This document shows, one piece after another, positions 1 to 11,021 of a DNA stretch of 29,068 nt. The stretch is from assembly GCA_947176115.1 (NCBI GenBank), contig CAMWPK010000001.1, forward strand, positions 1 to 29,068. The letters are read 5' to 3'. The position numbers and the translations under genes were made by a program. Source of the DNA: an uncultured Clostridia bacterium (GTDB taxonomy: Bacteria; Bacillota; Clostridia; Christensenellales; UBA3700). The stretch's first letter is position 1; the number at the start of each line of letters is the position of its first letter. The notes below the pieces were generated by a model. It saw only the letters and a program-made list of their open reading frames with translations, was not told where the DNA came from and ran no database searches.

Positions 1-38
1 TTATTAGATAATGATAATATCAATAAGGGGAGTGGAAA

Positions 39-138
39 TGTTGATAAGTTATTTAATCGACCTATAATCAATAAAATTTAATAATTTTATGTTTATAAGT
101 ATGTTGATAAATAATTTTAGTTTTCCACATTGTCCACA
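39..138. promoter_or_regulatory. DnaA-box cluster in an AT-rich region downstream of dnaA; probable part of oriC
   Basis: TTTTCCACA (121-129) matches TTWTNCACA. TTGTCCACA (130-138) has 1 mismatch. Reverse-oriented TGTTGATAA occurs at 39-47 and 102-110, and TGTTTATAA at 90-98. The cluster lies next to the dnaA 3' end, as in Firmicute origins. Confidence 0.75.
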
Positions 139-214
139 AAAAGATATTTTTATTTATCTATTATGTCAATCGGTTATATATTTTTTATTATAAGCAGTTA
201 TTTTTTGCTTATAA

Positions 215-1570
215 TTATCTCTTTTGAATCATATTTTTTATGTCTTTAACTTGGTTGTTTATCAAGTTATCTTCTTTGATAAGGTCTTCTATCTTATCTC
301 TTGCGTACATAATAGTAGTATGGTCCTTTCCTCCAAAATAACTTCCTATAGAGGCTAGAGGTACTCCCATCATATCATAAATAAGATAAATAGCTATCTG
401 TCTTGCCATAACTATTTGCTTAAGTTTTTTCTTGCCTATTACGTCTTGCTTTTTGACGTTGTAGTAAGAGCAAGTAGCGTCTACAATGGTATCCATTGAC
501 AATATGTGAGTAGTGACGTCAATATCGTCTTTCAGAGCTTCTTTGATTATGTCGATACTGTTTGGTTCTTTACCAAGCAATTGACAGTAGAAAATTACCT
601 TTTGAAGAGCTCCTTCGAGTTCTCTTATATTGCTGTCTATCTTTTCCGCTATAAAATATACCACTTCTATAGGAAGATTTACGTTCTTATAAAAAGCCTT
701 CTTTTGAAGTATGGCAATTCTTGTTTCTAAGTCTGGAGTAGATATATCCACCGTAAGACCGCTTGCAAATCTTGACTGTAATCTTTCTTCTAAGAAAGTA
801 AGTTCCTTTGGATGACGGTCAGAGGAGAGAACTATTTGTTTTTTGAATTGATACAAGTCGTTGAAGGTGTGGAAAAGCGCCTCTTGAGTTCCCGTTTTGC
901 CAGCCAAGAATTGTACGTCGTCTATCATAAGTATATCGACGTTGCGATACTTTTCTCTAAATCTTCTATTTTGTTCGTTGTCTTTATTATTTTTAATACT
1001 GTCAATATAGTCGTTGACAAACTGTTCCGTAGTGCAGTAAATTATCTTGGCTTTTTTATTCTTTTTCAAGATTTCATTACCGATAGCGTTCATAATATGC
1101 GTTTTGCCAAGACCAACTCCTCCGTAAATAAAAAGAGGATTGTGCAAAGTACCGGGTTGTTCTGCTATAGCTTTTGCAGCGGCGTAAACTACTTGGTTGC
1201 TTTGACCGACGACGAATTTGTCAAATACAAAGTCTGAATTAAAAAAACTCTTGCTATCGATATTATCATTATTGACTTCTTCTTTGGACTCTTGAATATG
1301 ACTTTCATAGACTGATACTTCGTCGGGTGTGATAATTACAAAATCGGTTATGTAAGTATAATTGAGTTTTTTTATCTCTTCTAGAATAATATCTCTATAA
1401 TTGTTGTATATAGTATTTTTGGTAGATTTAAGAGGAGATACAATAATAAGTTTGTTATAAGCTACTGTCAGAGGCTGTAGCGAATTAAACCACATATCGT
1501 AGCTTACAGTGGATATTTTATTGGATATTCCTAACAATAATTCATTCCAAATTTTCTTACAATCTTCCAT
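215..1570 (-). CDS. dnaA: Chromosomal replication initiator DnaA
   Basis: Walker A GGVGLGKTH, Walker B LMIDDVQF, RLQSRF, RELEGAL and the domain IV motif GGKDHTTIMYA are present. Confidence 0.99.
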   Translation of the reverse strand: MEDCKKIWNELLLGISNKISTVSYDMWFNSLQPLTVAYNKLIIVSPLKSTKNTIYNNYRDIILEEIKKLNYTYITDFVIITPDEVSVYESHIQESKEEVNNDNIDSKSFFNSDFVFDKFVVGQSNQVVYAAAKAIAEQPGTLHNPLFIYGGVGLGKTHIMNAIGNEILKKNKKAKIIYCTTEQFVNDYIDSIKNNKDNEQNRRFREKYRNVDILMIDDVQFLAGKTGTQEALFHTFNDLYQFKKQIVLSSDRHPKELTFLEERLQSRFASGLTVDISTPDLETRIAILQKKAFYKNVNLPIEVVYFIAEKIDSNIRELEGALQKVIFYCQLLGKEPNSIDIIKEALKDDIDVTTHILSMDTIVDATCSYYNVKKQDVIGKKKLKQIVMARQIAIYLIYDMMGVPLASIGSYFGGKDHTTIMYARDKIEDLIKEDNLINNQVKDIKNMIQKR

Positions 1571-1576
1571 ACGACT

Positions 1577-1605
1577 ATTATAATATAAAAAGCAAAATAT
1601 TTCAA
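1577..1605 (-). promoter_or_regulatory. sigmaA promoter of dnaA, probably leaderless
   Basis: Minus strand reads TTGAAA-17 nt-TATAAT-6 nt-ATG, with no Shine-Dalgarno. Confidence 0.7.
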
Positions 1606-1613
1606 TAAAAATG

Positions 1614-1642
1614 TTGAGAAAATATCTAAATTATTGTAAAAT
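1614..1642 (+). promoter_or_regulatory. sigmaA promoter of recF, probably leaderless
   Basis: TTGAGA (1614-1619)-17 nt-TAAAAT (1637-1642)-6 nt-ATG (1649), with no Shine-Dalgarno. Confidence 0.65.
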
Positions 1643-1648
1643 ATATCT

Positions 1649-2728
1649 ATGTATATTGAGAGCGTTCAACTTAAGAATTTTCGCAGTTATGAGATTAAAG
1701 AAGTGACTTTCAAAGAAGGTCTTAATATTATAGTAGGACAAAACGCAAGCGGTAAGACTAATCTTTTGGAGAGTATTTATTGCTCTGGTATAGGTAAATC
1801 TCCGCGTACTAACAACTATAAGGAAATGATTAAGTGGGGCAACGATATTGCCTATATAAAGGTAGTTCTAAGAAAAAACAAGACACTAAATACCATTGAA
1901 TTTTCAATAGACAGTCAAAATAAAAAGAGAATAGCCGTAGACGGCATACCGCTTGTAAAGTTGGGAGAAATAATAGGTATACTTAATATAGTTTTCTTTT
2001 CGCCAGACGAAATGAAACTTATTAAGGAAAGCCCGCAGGAGAGAAGAAGATTTGCAGATATAAGTCTTTCTCAACAAAATAAAAAGTATTTTTATTCGCT
2101 ATCCAAATACAATAACATACTTACTCAACGTAACAAACTTCTAAAAGAACACCGCGACGTAAAGGCCTTGCCGGAAATGTTGTACGGATGGGACGTTCAG
2201 CTTGCCGAGCACGGCGCGTATATTATTCAAAAGCGCTATGAATTTATTGACAAAATTAAAGGCTTTGCCAAGAATATGCACAATGAATTGACGAGTAATC
2301 TCGAAGATTTAGAACTTGAGTACGAAAGTAAGGTAGAATACGGCGAAATTAAAGCCATGCAAGAGGCTTTTTTTGATAGATTAAGAAAAGACTTTGACAA
2401 GGACTTAAATCTTCTTTATACGTCATTTGGCGCGCACAGAGATGATATATCAATAAAAATAAACGGCATAGACGTACGCAAATTCGGATCTCAAGGTCAG
2501 CAGAGAAGCGTGGCATTGTCGCTTAAACTTGCAGAGATATATCTCTTTGAGAGCGAAGTGGGAGAAAAACCCGTGCTACTTCTCGACGACGTGCTCTCGG
2601 AACTCGACCCCGAGCGTCGTAGAAAACTTATGGAATTATCCAGCGGACTTCAAACTCTAATCACTTGTACCGATTTTGATATGGATATAGCGCATAATAG
2701 AATATTGATAGAAAAGGAAAAGAAATAA
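1649..2728 (+). CDS. recF: DNA replication/repair protein RecF
   Basis: NFRSY, P-loop GQNASGKTN, FSPDEM, GAHRDD, SQGQQRS and LLLDDVLSELD motifs are present. Confidence 0.98.
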   Translation: MYIESVQLKNFRSYEIKEVTFKEGLNIIVGQNASGKTNLLESIYCSGIGKSPRTNNYKEMIKWGNDIAYIKVVLRKNKTLNTIEFSIDSQNKKRIAVDGIPLVKLGEIIGILNIVFFSPDEMKLIKESPQERRRFADISLSQQNKKYFYSLSKYNNILTQRNKLLKEHRDVKALPEMLYGWDVQLAEHGAYIIQKRYEFIDKIKGFAKNMHNELTSNLEDLELEYESKVEYGEIKAMQEAFFDRLRKDFDKDLNLLYTSFGAHRDDISIKINGIDVRKFGSQGQQRSVALSLKLAEIYLFESEVGEKPVLLLDDVLSELDPERRRKLMELSSGLQTLITCTDFDMDIAHNRILIEKEKK

Positions 2729-3279
2729 TGAAGCATATAGGCACGCAAACGATAGAAACTAATAGATTGATATTGAGAAGATTCCAAGATAATGACGCGC
2801 AAAGTATGTATAATAATTGGGTTTCTAGCGACGATGTTACGAAGTATCTTACTTGGCAAAGTTATAAGAGCGTAGACGAGGCGAAAGAGAGAATAAATTT
2901 TTTGAAAGAAAATTATTTCAATGATAACTTTTACGATTGGGCAATCGTATTAAAAGAAATAGGCGAACCTATAGGCAGTATAGGAGTAGTAGATATAAAA
3001 GAAAATATCAACACCGTACATATTGGTTACTGCATAGGCAAAAAGTGGTGGCGTCAAGGTATTACTTCAGAGGCTTTAAGCGCCGTAATAGACTTTTTGT
3101 TTGACAAAGTAGAAGTAGATAGAATAGAGAGTAGACATAACATTCTCAATGTTAATTCCGGCAAAGTGATGCAAAAGTGCGGAATGAAATACGAAGGCAC
3201 TATGAGAAAGGCGGATAGAGATAATCAAGGTATTTGCGATACCGCTTATTATGCAATATTAAAGAGCGATAGAAGATAG
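2728..3279 (+). CDS. GNAT N-acetyltransferase, RimJ/RimL-like
   Basis: IETNRLILR, IGYCIGKKWWRQGITSEA and N..SGKVMQKCGMKYEG motifs are present. The start overlaps the recF stop (TAATG). Confidence 0.9.
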   Translation: MKHIGTQTIETNRLILRRFQDNDAQSMYNNWVSSDDVTKYLTWQSYKSVDEAKERINFLKENYFNDNFYDWAIVLKEIGEPIGSIGVVDIKENINTVHIGYCIGKKWWRQGITSEALSAVIDFLFDKVEVDRIESRHNILNVNSGKVMQKCGMKYEGTMRKADRDNQGICDTAYYAILKSDRR

Positions 3280-3283
3280 TATT

Positions 3284-3344
3284 TGTCATTTAGACTTGAG
3301 CGTAGCGGATAGGTTTAGATTTCTCGACTACGCTCGAAATGACA
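3284..3344. repeat. TGTC-tagged palindromic REP-like repeat, as an inverted pair with a degenerate left arm
   Basis: Right arm is AGATTTCTCGACTACGCTCGAAATGACA (3317-3344) and left arm is TGTCATTT..GAGCGTAG. It sits between convergent genes. Confidence 0.8.
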
Positions 3345-3354
3345 TATTATTATA

Positions 3355-3993
3355 TTATTTGAACTCTAACGTATTATTGGGATATTCATTTACAAATCTG
3401 CTCACAACGTCTATAATAAGTCCCCATTCATAATTATCGTAAGTCTTTTGTGTCTTTATTTTTTGTAAGTCAAAATTGAGAAATACAAACTTTATATTCT
3501 CGCTATAATTACTCCATAAAAAATCATTGAGTAAATCTGCGTTATAATGGCAATTTTCTATATTTTCAAATTCAACGCTGTTTTTCCCGTCAAGTTTATT
3601 ATATATATCGTTATAGAACCCTTTGAAAGTATAGTGACCGTATGAGGCGTAATTTGTTTTATCAATGACAATTTTATTGACGAATTCGCCTACGCAATTT
3701 TTGAAAGTCAAGGTGTTATTTGAGCTAATCAAAACCAATCCGTTTATAGCGCTGAATATTTCTTTCCATTTAACGTCGTCATAACTTTTGCCTTCTGTAA
3801 TTTTGCTTAAATCAAAGCCTATAACGACAAATTGAAAACCTATAGCTCTGTTTTGCCATAAAAATTCACGAAGATTATCTAAGTTATACTCAAGATTAGC
3901 AATATTAAATTTATTCATTAATTTATCATAAAAACCCTTATAAGTAGAGTTTCCATATGTAGCATAATCATTTTTATCAATAATTATTTCCAT
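3355..3993 (-). CDS. Tandem double barstar-like immunity protein
   Basis: Two similar halves are present: IIIDK..TYKGFY..YNLDNLREFLW..NTLTFK and IVIDK..TFKGFY..YNADLLNDFLW..NTLEFK. The motif resembles the barstar NLDALWD motif. Its SD (AAGGAG) overlaps the upstream RNase stop. Confidence 0.8.
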   Translation of the reverse strand: MEIIIDKNDYATYGNSTYKGFYDKLMNKFNIANLEYNLDNLREFLWQNRAIGFQFVVIGFDLSKITEGKSYDDVKWKEIFSAINGLVLISSNNTLTFKNCVGEFVNKIVIDKTNYASYGHYTFKGFYNDIYNKLDGKNSVEFENIENCHYNADLLNDFLWSNYSENIKFVFLNFDLQKIKTQKTYDNYEWGLIIDVVSRFVNEYPNNTLEFK

Positions 3994-4006
3994 TATTATA
4001 TTCTCC

Positions 4007-4570
4007 TTATTTCACTTGATAAAAAGTAGTTTCGCCATGGTCGGGCGAAAAGAACATTAGACCGTCATTTGAGTAAAACAACCTTTTGCTATTTCTTGCG
4101 CCTGATATATAATCTATATCGCATTCATACCAGATTCGTCCGTCTTGTAGCGGAAGAATAAATCTACTGTTATAATAGATATCTCCGCCAATCATTTTTC
4201 CAGGAGCTTTGCCAGCTAGGGTATTTTTTCTATAACTCCAACCATATATTTCGTTTGCTTGTTTTTTGGTTATATAGTAGTCAGGCAATTTATTATATAA
4301 AGTTAACCAAACATCTGGTGAGTCAAGACCTTTTTGTGATATAGTACCCACTGGCTTTACCTCAATATCTTTGTAAAAGCAGTCACAATTTGGATGAGCA
4401 GGTAGCGTAGGTTCGGTCTTTCTTAGAAATATTCTATATTTCCTAGAGTTGCAATCCCAACACGGGATTTTACAATTTCCTTGATGTTTATACTGTATAA
4501 ATTCTGACTTGTTCTCTTTTTGTTTTTTATTGGACAAGAAAAAACCAAGCACGTTTTTGAACGCACTCAT
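4007..4570 (-). CDS. Barnase-family ribonuclease toxin with an N-terminal MuF-like CxxC..HPNCxC domain
   Basis: The C-terminal ~110 aa align by eye with barnase (KLPDYYITK, GW, APGK.IGGDI, GR.WYECDIDY.SG.RNSKR..YS.DGL, DH), including the equivalents of catalytic K27, E73, R83, R87 and H102. The start is moved to ATG 4570, behind the SD AAGGAGGT. Confidence 0.88.
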   Translation of the reverse strand: MSAFKNVLGFFLSNKKQKENKSEFIQYKHQGNCKIPCWDCNSRKYRIFLRKTEPTLPAHPNCDCFYKDIEVKPVGTISQKGLDSPDVWLTLYNKLPDYYITKKQANEIYGWSYRKNTLAGKAPGKMIGGDIYYNSRFILPLQDGRIWYECDIDYISGARNSKRLFYSNDGLMFFSPDHGETTFYQVK

Positions 4571-4621
4571 ATTATACACCTCCTTGTGTAAATTTACAAT
4601 AGTATTTAGGGGAGTGAGAAT

Positions 4622-4650
4622 ATTGTATCACGTAAATTTATCAAATTCAA
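4622..4650 (-). promoter_or_regulatory. sigmaA promoter of the RNase-barstar operon
   Basis: Minus strand reads TTGAAT-17 nt-TACAAT, with an extended TGn. Confidence 0.6.
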
Positions 4651-4689
4651 TTTTATGTGACAGATTTTTTAATTGTTTTCGCTAATAGT

Positions 4690-4728
4690 GAGATTTCTCC
4701 ATTTCGCTTCGCTACAGTCGAAATGACG
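4690..4728. repeat. CGTC-tagged REP-like repeat, long variant
   Basis: GAGATTTCTCCATTTCGCTTCGCTACAGTCGAAATGACG. Confidence 0.85.
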
Positions 4729-4896
4729 AAAGAACAACGGTCAATGTGACGAAATGATTACGGATAGGCTATTTAATGACTATGCTAATAATGAGAGGAG
4801 AGGGAGCATAGCAAGTTAGTATCAGTGTCTAAAGAAAGCGTCGATTAGGCTTATTATAATAAATACAAATTAAATTCTAAATTTTCCTTAAATTAC

Positions 4897-4925
4897 TTGA
4901 ATATAAACATATAATATGATATAAT
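4897..4925 (+). promoter_or_regulatory. sigmaA promoter of gyrBA
   Basis: TTGAAT (4897-4902)-17 nt-TATAAT (4920-4925) with an extended TG. Further TATAAT copies occur at 4910, 4934 and 4942. Confidence 0.65.
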
Positions 4926-4949
4926 AATTTTATTATAATATTATAATCT

Positions 4950-4983
4950 TGCGTATGCGTGTACGCACGTGTGTGCGCGTGCA
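4950..4983. other. 34-bp perfect alternating pyrimidine-purine tract (candidate Z-DNA)
   Basis: TGCGTATGCGTGTACGCACGTGTGTGCGCGTGCA; the alternation was checked base by base. The Z-DNA role is inference. Confidence 0.7.
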
Positions 4984-5106
4984 GGCGTGAAAGCAAGATG
5001 ATAAGGAGACGATGAACAAGTGACGCAAGCAAAATTGCGTAAGCGATTTTTGCGATAAGGAGGATAAGCGTTACGCTCGTAGCAGAGTTACGAGCGTGTT
5101 GGTTAG

Positions 5107-7098
<1,992 letters not shown>

Positions 7099-7110
7099 TA
7101 GGAGGCTGAA

Positions 7111-9636
7111 ATGGAAGAGAAGAAAGATAATATTTTTGAAATGCTGGATAAGACCAACGTCGTAGAAGTAGACGCTATCAACGAGATGAAGACCTCCTTT
7201 ATTGCATACGCAATGGCGGTCAACGTATCAAGAGCTATTCCTGACGTAAGGGACGGACTTAAGCCGGTTCACAGAAGAATTCTTTACGCAATGAACGAAT
7301 TGGGTCTTACGTCCGATAAGCCTTTCCGTAAATGCGCGCTTATCGTCGGCGACGTGCTTGGTAAATACCACCCGCACGGCGATTCTTCGGTATACGACGC
7401 ATTGGTAAGACTTGCGCAAGACTTTTCTATTAGATGTACGCTAGTTGACGGTCACGGTAACTTCGGTTCTGTTGACGGCGACCCTGCGGCCGCGTATCGT
7501 TATACGGAAGCAAGACTTAGCAAGATTGCCGACGAAATGATAAGAGATATAGATAAAAAGACGGTAGACTTTTATCCCAACTTCGACGATACGAGAGAAC
7601 AGCCTGTCGTACTGCCGTCGAGATACCCCAATTTGCTTGTCAACGGCTCGGACGGTATTGCCGTTGGTATGGCTACGTCCATTCCTCCGCACAACCTCGG
7701 AGAAGTTATAGACGGTACTATAGCGTTGCTTGAAAATCCGGAGCTTGACGTTGACGGAATTATGGAATATATTCCCGCTCCCGATTTCCCCACAGGCGCG
7801 TATATTATGGGCGGTGGCGGAATAAAGAAAGCCTATCGCACGGGTAGAGGTAACTGTATCATAAGAGCAAGAGCTGAAATAGAAGAAAACGACCGTTCCG
7901 GCAAGTCTAAGATTATTATTTCCGAGATTCCGTATCAGGTCAACAAGGCTAAACTCATAGAGAATATGGCTGACCTTGTAAAGCAAAAGAGAATAGAGGG
8001 TATTGCAGACATTCACGAGCTCTCCGACAAAGAGGGTATGAGAATAGTCGTAGACGTCAAGAAAGACGCCAATCCGCAAGTCGTGCTCAATATGCTCTAC
8101 AAGCACACTCAAATGCAGATCTCTTTCTCTATGATAATGCTTGCGCTTGTAGACGGTACGCCAAAGGTACTCAATATCAAGCAGATACTTGAAGAATATA
8201 TCAAGCACCAAAAGTCAGTTGTTGTCAGAAGAACGCAGTACGATCTAGACAAGGCTTTGGAGAGAGAACATATTTTGCTCGGACTTGTCAAGGCTTTGAC
8301 CAATATAGACGAAGTCATTGAAACAATTAAGAAATCCAAAGACAGACAGTCGGCTATTGAAAATCTTATGAACGGCTTTGAACTAAGCGATAAGCAAGCC
8401 ATTGCAATTCTTGAAATGAGATTGCAAAGACTTACCGCTTTGGAAGTAGAGAAGATTCAGGAAGAACTTGCCGAACTTGAGAAGACGATTGCAGATTTGA
8501 GAGATATACTCGCTAAACCGCAAAGAGTAGTTGAGATTATAAAGACGGAACTTTTGGAAATCAAGAGCAGATACAACGACAAGCGCCGTTCGGAAATCAC
8601 CTACGATTATTCCGATATTGACATCGAAGATTTGATAGAGGTAGAGGACGTAATTCTTTCCATTACTCACAACGGTTATATCAAACGTATGCCCGTAGAC
8701 GAGTACAAGGCTCAACGCCGTGGAGGCGTGGGCATATCTGCGCACAAGACCAAGGAAGAGGACTTTGTAGAGAACGTAATCACCACGTCTACCCACGACA
8801 ATATCCTTTTCTTCTCCAACAAGGGTAAGGTATACCGCGCTAAGGGCTATCAAATACCTGAGGCGAGCAGAACTTCAAAGGGAAGAGCTATCGTCAACTT
8901 GCTCAATCTTGAGCCGGGAGAAGTTATCAATGCTTACGTGCCTGTACCTAAGGACAGCCAAGGCTTCTTGATGCTTGCGACAAAGCAAGGTCTTATCAAG
9001 AAGACGACACTTGACGAATACGTGCGTATCAACAACAACGGCAAGAAAGCCATCACCTTTGCAAACGAGGAAGACGAACTTATCGGCGTACAACTCACTA
9101 GCGGTCAAGACGAAATTATTATGGCGTCAAGCGGTGGCAAGTGTATTAGATTCAGCGAAGAGGACATCAGACCTACCGGCAGAACGAGTATGGGCGTCAA
9201 GTCAATCAAGCTCGACAAGGGCGAAGTAGTAGTGGATATGACCAAGGTCAAAGAGGACTGCGAAGTACTCACCATCACTGAGAACGGCTACGGCAAGCGT
9301 ACGGATATCAGCGAATACAGACTGCAAGGCAGAGCCGGTAGCGGTATCAAAGTCGGCGTACTCAACGACAAGACGGGTAACGTCGTCAACCTCAAACTCG
9401 TTCATCCGACAGAGGACGACGTAATGATTATCTCTGACAACGGTATTATCATTAGAATTAAAGCCGACGAAATCTCTAAGATAGGCAGAAATACTCAAGG
9501 CGTCAAAGTCATGAGAATGAAAGATAGCAATTCTAAGGTAGTAGCGTTCACTATCGTACCTCACCAAGAGGACGAGGAAACGGCAGACACGCAAAGCGTG
9601 GATACGGCATCGCAAAGCGAGATCTCCGGCAAGTAG
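7111..9636 (+). CDS. gyrA: DNA gyrase subunit A
   Basis: [29 protein letters not shown] and the GyrA-box QRRGGVG are present, followed by C-terminal pinwheel repeats. Confidence 0.99.
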   Translation: MEEKKDNIFEMLDKTNVVEVDAINEMKTSFIAYAMAVNVSRAIPDVRDGLKPVHRRILYAMNELGLTSDKPFRKCALIVGDVLGKYHPHGDSSVYDALVRLAQDFSIRCTLVDGHGNFGSVDGDPAAAYRYTEARLSKIADEMIRDIDKKTVDFYPNFDDTREQPVVLPSRYPNLLVNGSDGIAVGMATSIPPHNLGEVIDGTIALLENPELDVDGIMEYIPAPDFPTGAYIMGGGGIKKAYRTGRGNCIIRARAEIEENDRSGKSKIIISEIPYQVNKAKLIENMADLVKQKRIEGIADIHELSDKEGMRIVVDVKKDANPQVVLNMLYKHTQMQISFSMIMLALVDGTPKVLNIKQILEEYIKHQKSVVVRRTQYDLDKALEREHILLGLVKALTNIDEVIETIKKSKDRQSAIENLMNGFELSDKQAIAILEMRLQRLTALEVEKIQEELAELEKTIADLRDILAKPQRVVEIIKTELLEIKSRYNDKRRSEITYDYSDIDIEDLIEVEDVILSITHNGYIKRMPVDEYKAQRRGGVGISAHKTKEEDFVENVITTSTHDNILFFSNKGKVYRAKGYQIPEASRTSKGRAIVNLLNLEPGEVINAYVPVPKDSQGFLMLATKQGLIKKTTLDEYVRINNNGKKAITFANEEDELIGVQLTSGQDEIIMASSGGKCIRFSEEDIRPTGRTSMGVKSIKLDKGEVVVDMTKVKEDCEVLTITENGYGKRTDISEYRLQGRAGSGIKVGVLNDKTGNVVNLKLVHPTEDDVMIISDNGIIIRIKADEISKIGRNTQGVKVMRMKDSNSKVVAFTIVPHQEDEETADTQSVDTASQSEISGK

Positions 9637-9687
9637 TCGAGAATAACAACACGACTGACGGAGAGTAAAATAGCGAATAGCAATAAT

Positions 9688-9716
9688 AAATAGCGTATCG
9701 AAAGGTACGCTATTTT
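9688..9716 (+). terminator. Intrinsic terminator after gyrA
   Basis: AAATAGCGTATC-GAAA-GGTACGCTATTTT. Confidence 0.75.
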
Positions 9717-9790
9717 CTAAATTATAAAATTCGTGTCATAAAGAGTTTATACGGGTATTGACACTATATCGTACAATAAAAGTAAAAAGA

Positions 9791-9818
9791 AAAGTTTCGC
9801 TGTGGCGGGACTTTTTTT
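9791..9818 (+). terminator. Second terminator-like hairpin directly before the toxin SD
   Basis: AAAGTTTCGC-TGTG-GCGGGACTTT followed by a T run; the stem includes G-U pairs. Confidence 0.55.
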
Positions 9819-9832
9819 ATGGAGGAGAAAGT

Positions 9833-10423
9833 GTGAGAGAATTAGAAAACGTCAGAAATAGCATATTGCAGATATTCGACAGTGCTAGTTGGATACAATT
9901 TATCCATGAAGGATTATTACCGGCGTATACAAGCCAAGAAAAAGCAAAGAACGTAATCAAAGGGAATTTAAGTAGTCATTGCGCTATCTGTAGAAACATT
10001 AACAGGTGTTGTTTCCCTAAAAACAATATGCCTAAATATCCGTTACATCCAAATTGCCATTGCTATTTGTTAGATATTCCAAGACCGCAAGTGACGGCAG
10101 AATGTCCGGAAGAAAAATTTGAAAGATATATTTTTTCGCCTGAATATGTTGGTAATGGAAAAATACAGTTGTATACAAAGTGGGGGTATGGTAAAATTAA
10201 TACGAAATATCTTGTGAATGAACTTACAAGACAAGCTGATAAAAAATATTCAAACGGTGATTTTGAACTCGGTCTGTTAAACGAATACGGTCAGCGTATT
10301 TCTATTGTGACAGAGTTAAATCGATTAGACGGGAAAGGAATAGTAAAATTTTTGACGGGTTGGATGGTATATCCCGATGGCAAAATACAATTGACAACGC
10401 CTTATGGAGGAGAAGTAAAATGA
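9833..10423 (+). CDS. Putative polymorphic toxin: MuF-like CxxC..HPNCxC domain fused to a DUF6883-like domain
   Basis: CAIC..YPLHPNCHC is followed by PEEKFERYIF..GK..WGY..NEYGQR..TGWMV..LTTPY, recognised by eye as DUF6883-like. The start is moved to GTG 9833, behind the SD GGAGGA (9821-9826). Confidence 0.72.
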   Translation: MRELENVRNSILQIFDSASWIQFIHEGLLPAYTSQEKAKNVIKGNLSSHCAICRNINRCCFPKNNMPKYPLHPNCHCYLLDIPRPQVTAECPEEKFERYIFSPEYVGNGKIQLYTKWGYGKINTKYLVNELTRQADKKYSNGDFELGLLNEYGQRISIVTELNRLDGKGIVKFLTGWMVYPDGKIQLTTPYGGEVK

Positions 10424-10797
10424 AAGAATACGATTACGTTGAAGTAACAGTAGAGAAAGAAAAGTACGCCAAACAAGGAGTACACAAAGGAATGAGGGGC
10501 ACAATATTAGACCCTCGCAATATAGACGGTTGTTGGTTGGTATTTTTTGAAGACGACCCGTTTGGAACAGCAATAAAGGAAGAAGACTTGAAGTTAATTT
10601 ATGAAAACGTGAAAGAGCCAATTGAAATACTAGTAAGGGTAATAGTAGAAAAAGAAGAGTATGCTAAGCAAGGCGTACACAAGGGGATGCAAGGAATGGT
10701 GTATGATATTACAGCAGAGAATAATTGCTTACAAGTGTTTTTCACAGAAAACAAAAGTGTACTAATAGATATATTCGATTTGAGAGAAGTAAAATGA
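10420..10797 (+). CDS. DUF4926-like putative immunity protein with two tandem domains
   Basis: MKEYDYVEV..YAKQGVHKGMRGTILD..WLVFF, followed by a second YAKQGVHKGM unit. There is an ATGA overlap with the toxin stop. Confidence 0.72.
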   Translation: MKEYDYVEVTVEKEKYAKQGVHKGMRGTILDPRNIDGCWLVFFEDDPFGTAIKEEDLKLIYENVKEPIEILVRVIVEKEEYAKQGVHKGMQGMVYDITAENNCLQVFFTENKSVLIDIFDLREVK

Positions 10798-11000
10798 AAG
10801 AATACGATTACGTGGAAGTTATAGTAGAAAAAGAAAAATACGCAAAGCAAGGCGTACATAAGGGAATGAAAGGCACGATACTTGACCCAAGAAATATAGA
10901 CGGTATGTGGTTAGTAGTTTTTGAAAATCCAATCACACTCGCAGATGAACTTTTCGTGCCAATAAAAGAAGAAGACTTGAAATTTATTTTTGAAGGATAA
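10794..11000 (+). CDS. DUF4926-like putative immunity protein, single domain
   Basis: A near-copy of the first domain of the preceding gene, again with an ATGA overlap. Confidence 0.72.
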   Translation: MKEYDYVEVIVEKEKYAKQGVHKGMKGTILDPRNIDGMWLVVFENPITLADELFVPIKEEDLKFIFEG

Positions 11001-11021
11001 ACCTTTCTACTGAGTAGTAAA

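Noticed and set aside
1-20. DnaA-trio array
   Set aside because: The GAT/AAT triplets do not match the 5'-TAG repeat polarity on either strand, and the region is truncated by the window edge.
4624-4639. parS-like site TGTATCACGTAAATTT
   Set aside because: It has five mismatches to TGTTTCACGTGAAACA and coincides with a promoter spacer.
9758-9832. TTG start at 9758 and a TTGACA..TACAAT promoter
   Set aside because: A strong SD points to GTG 9833, and the spacer between TTGACA and TACAAT is only 8 nt.
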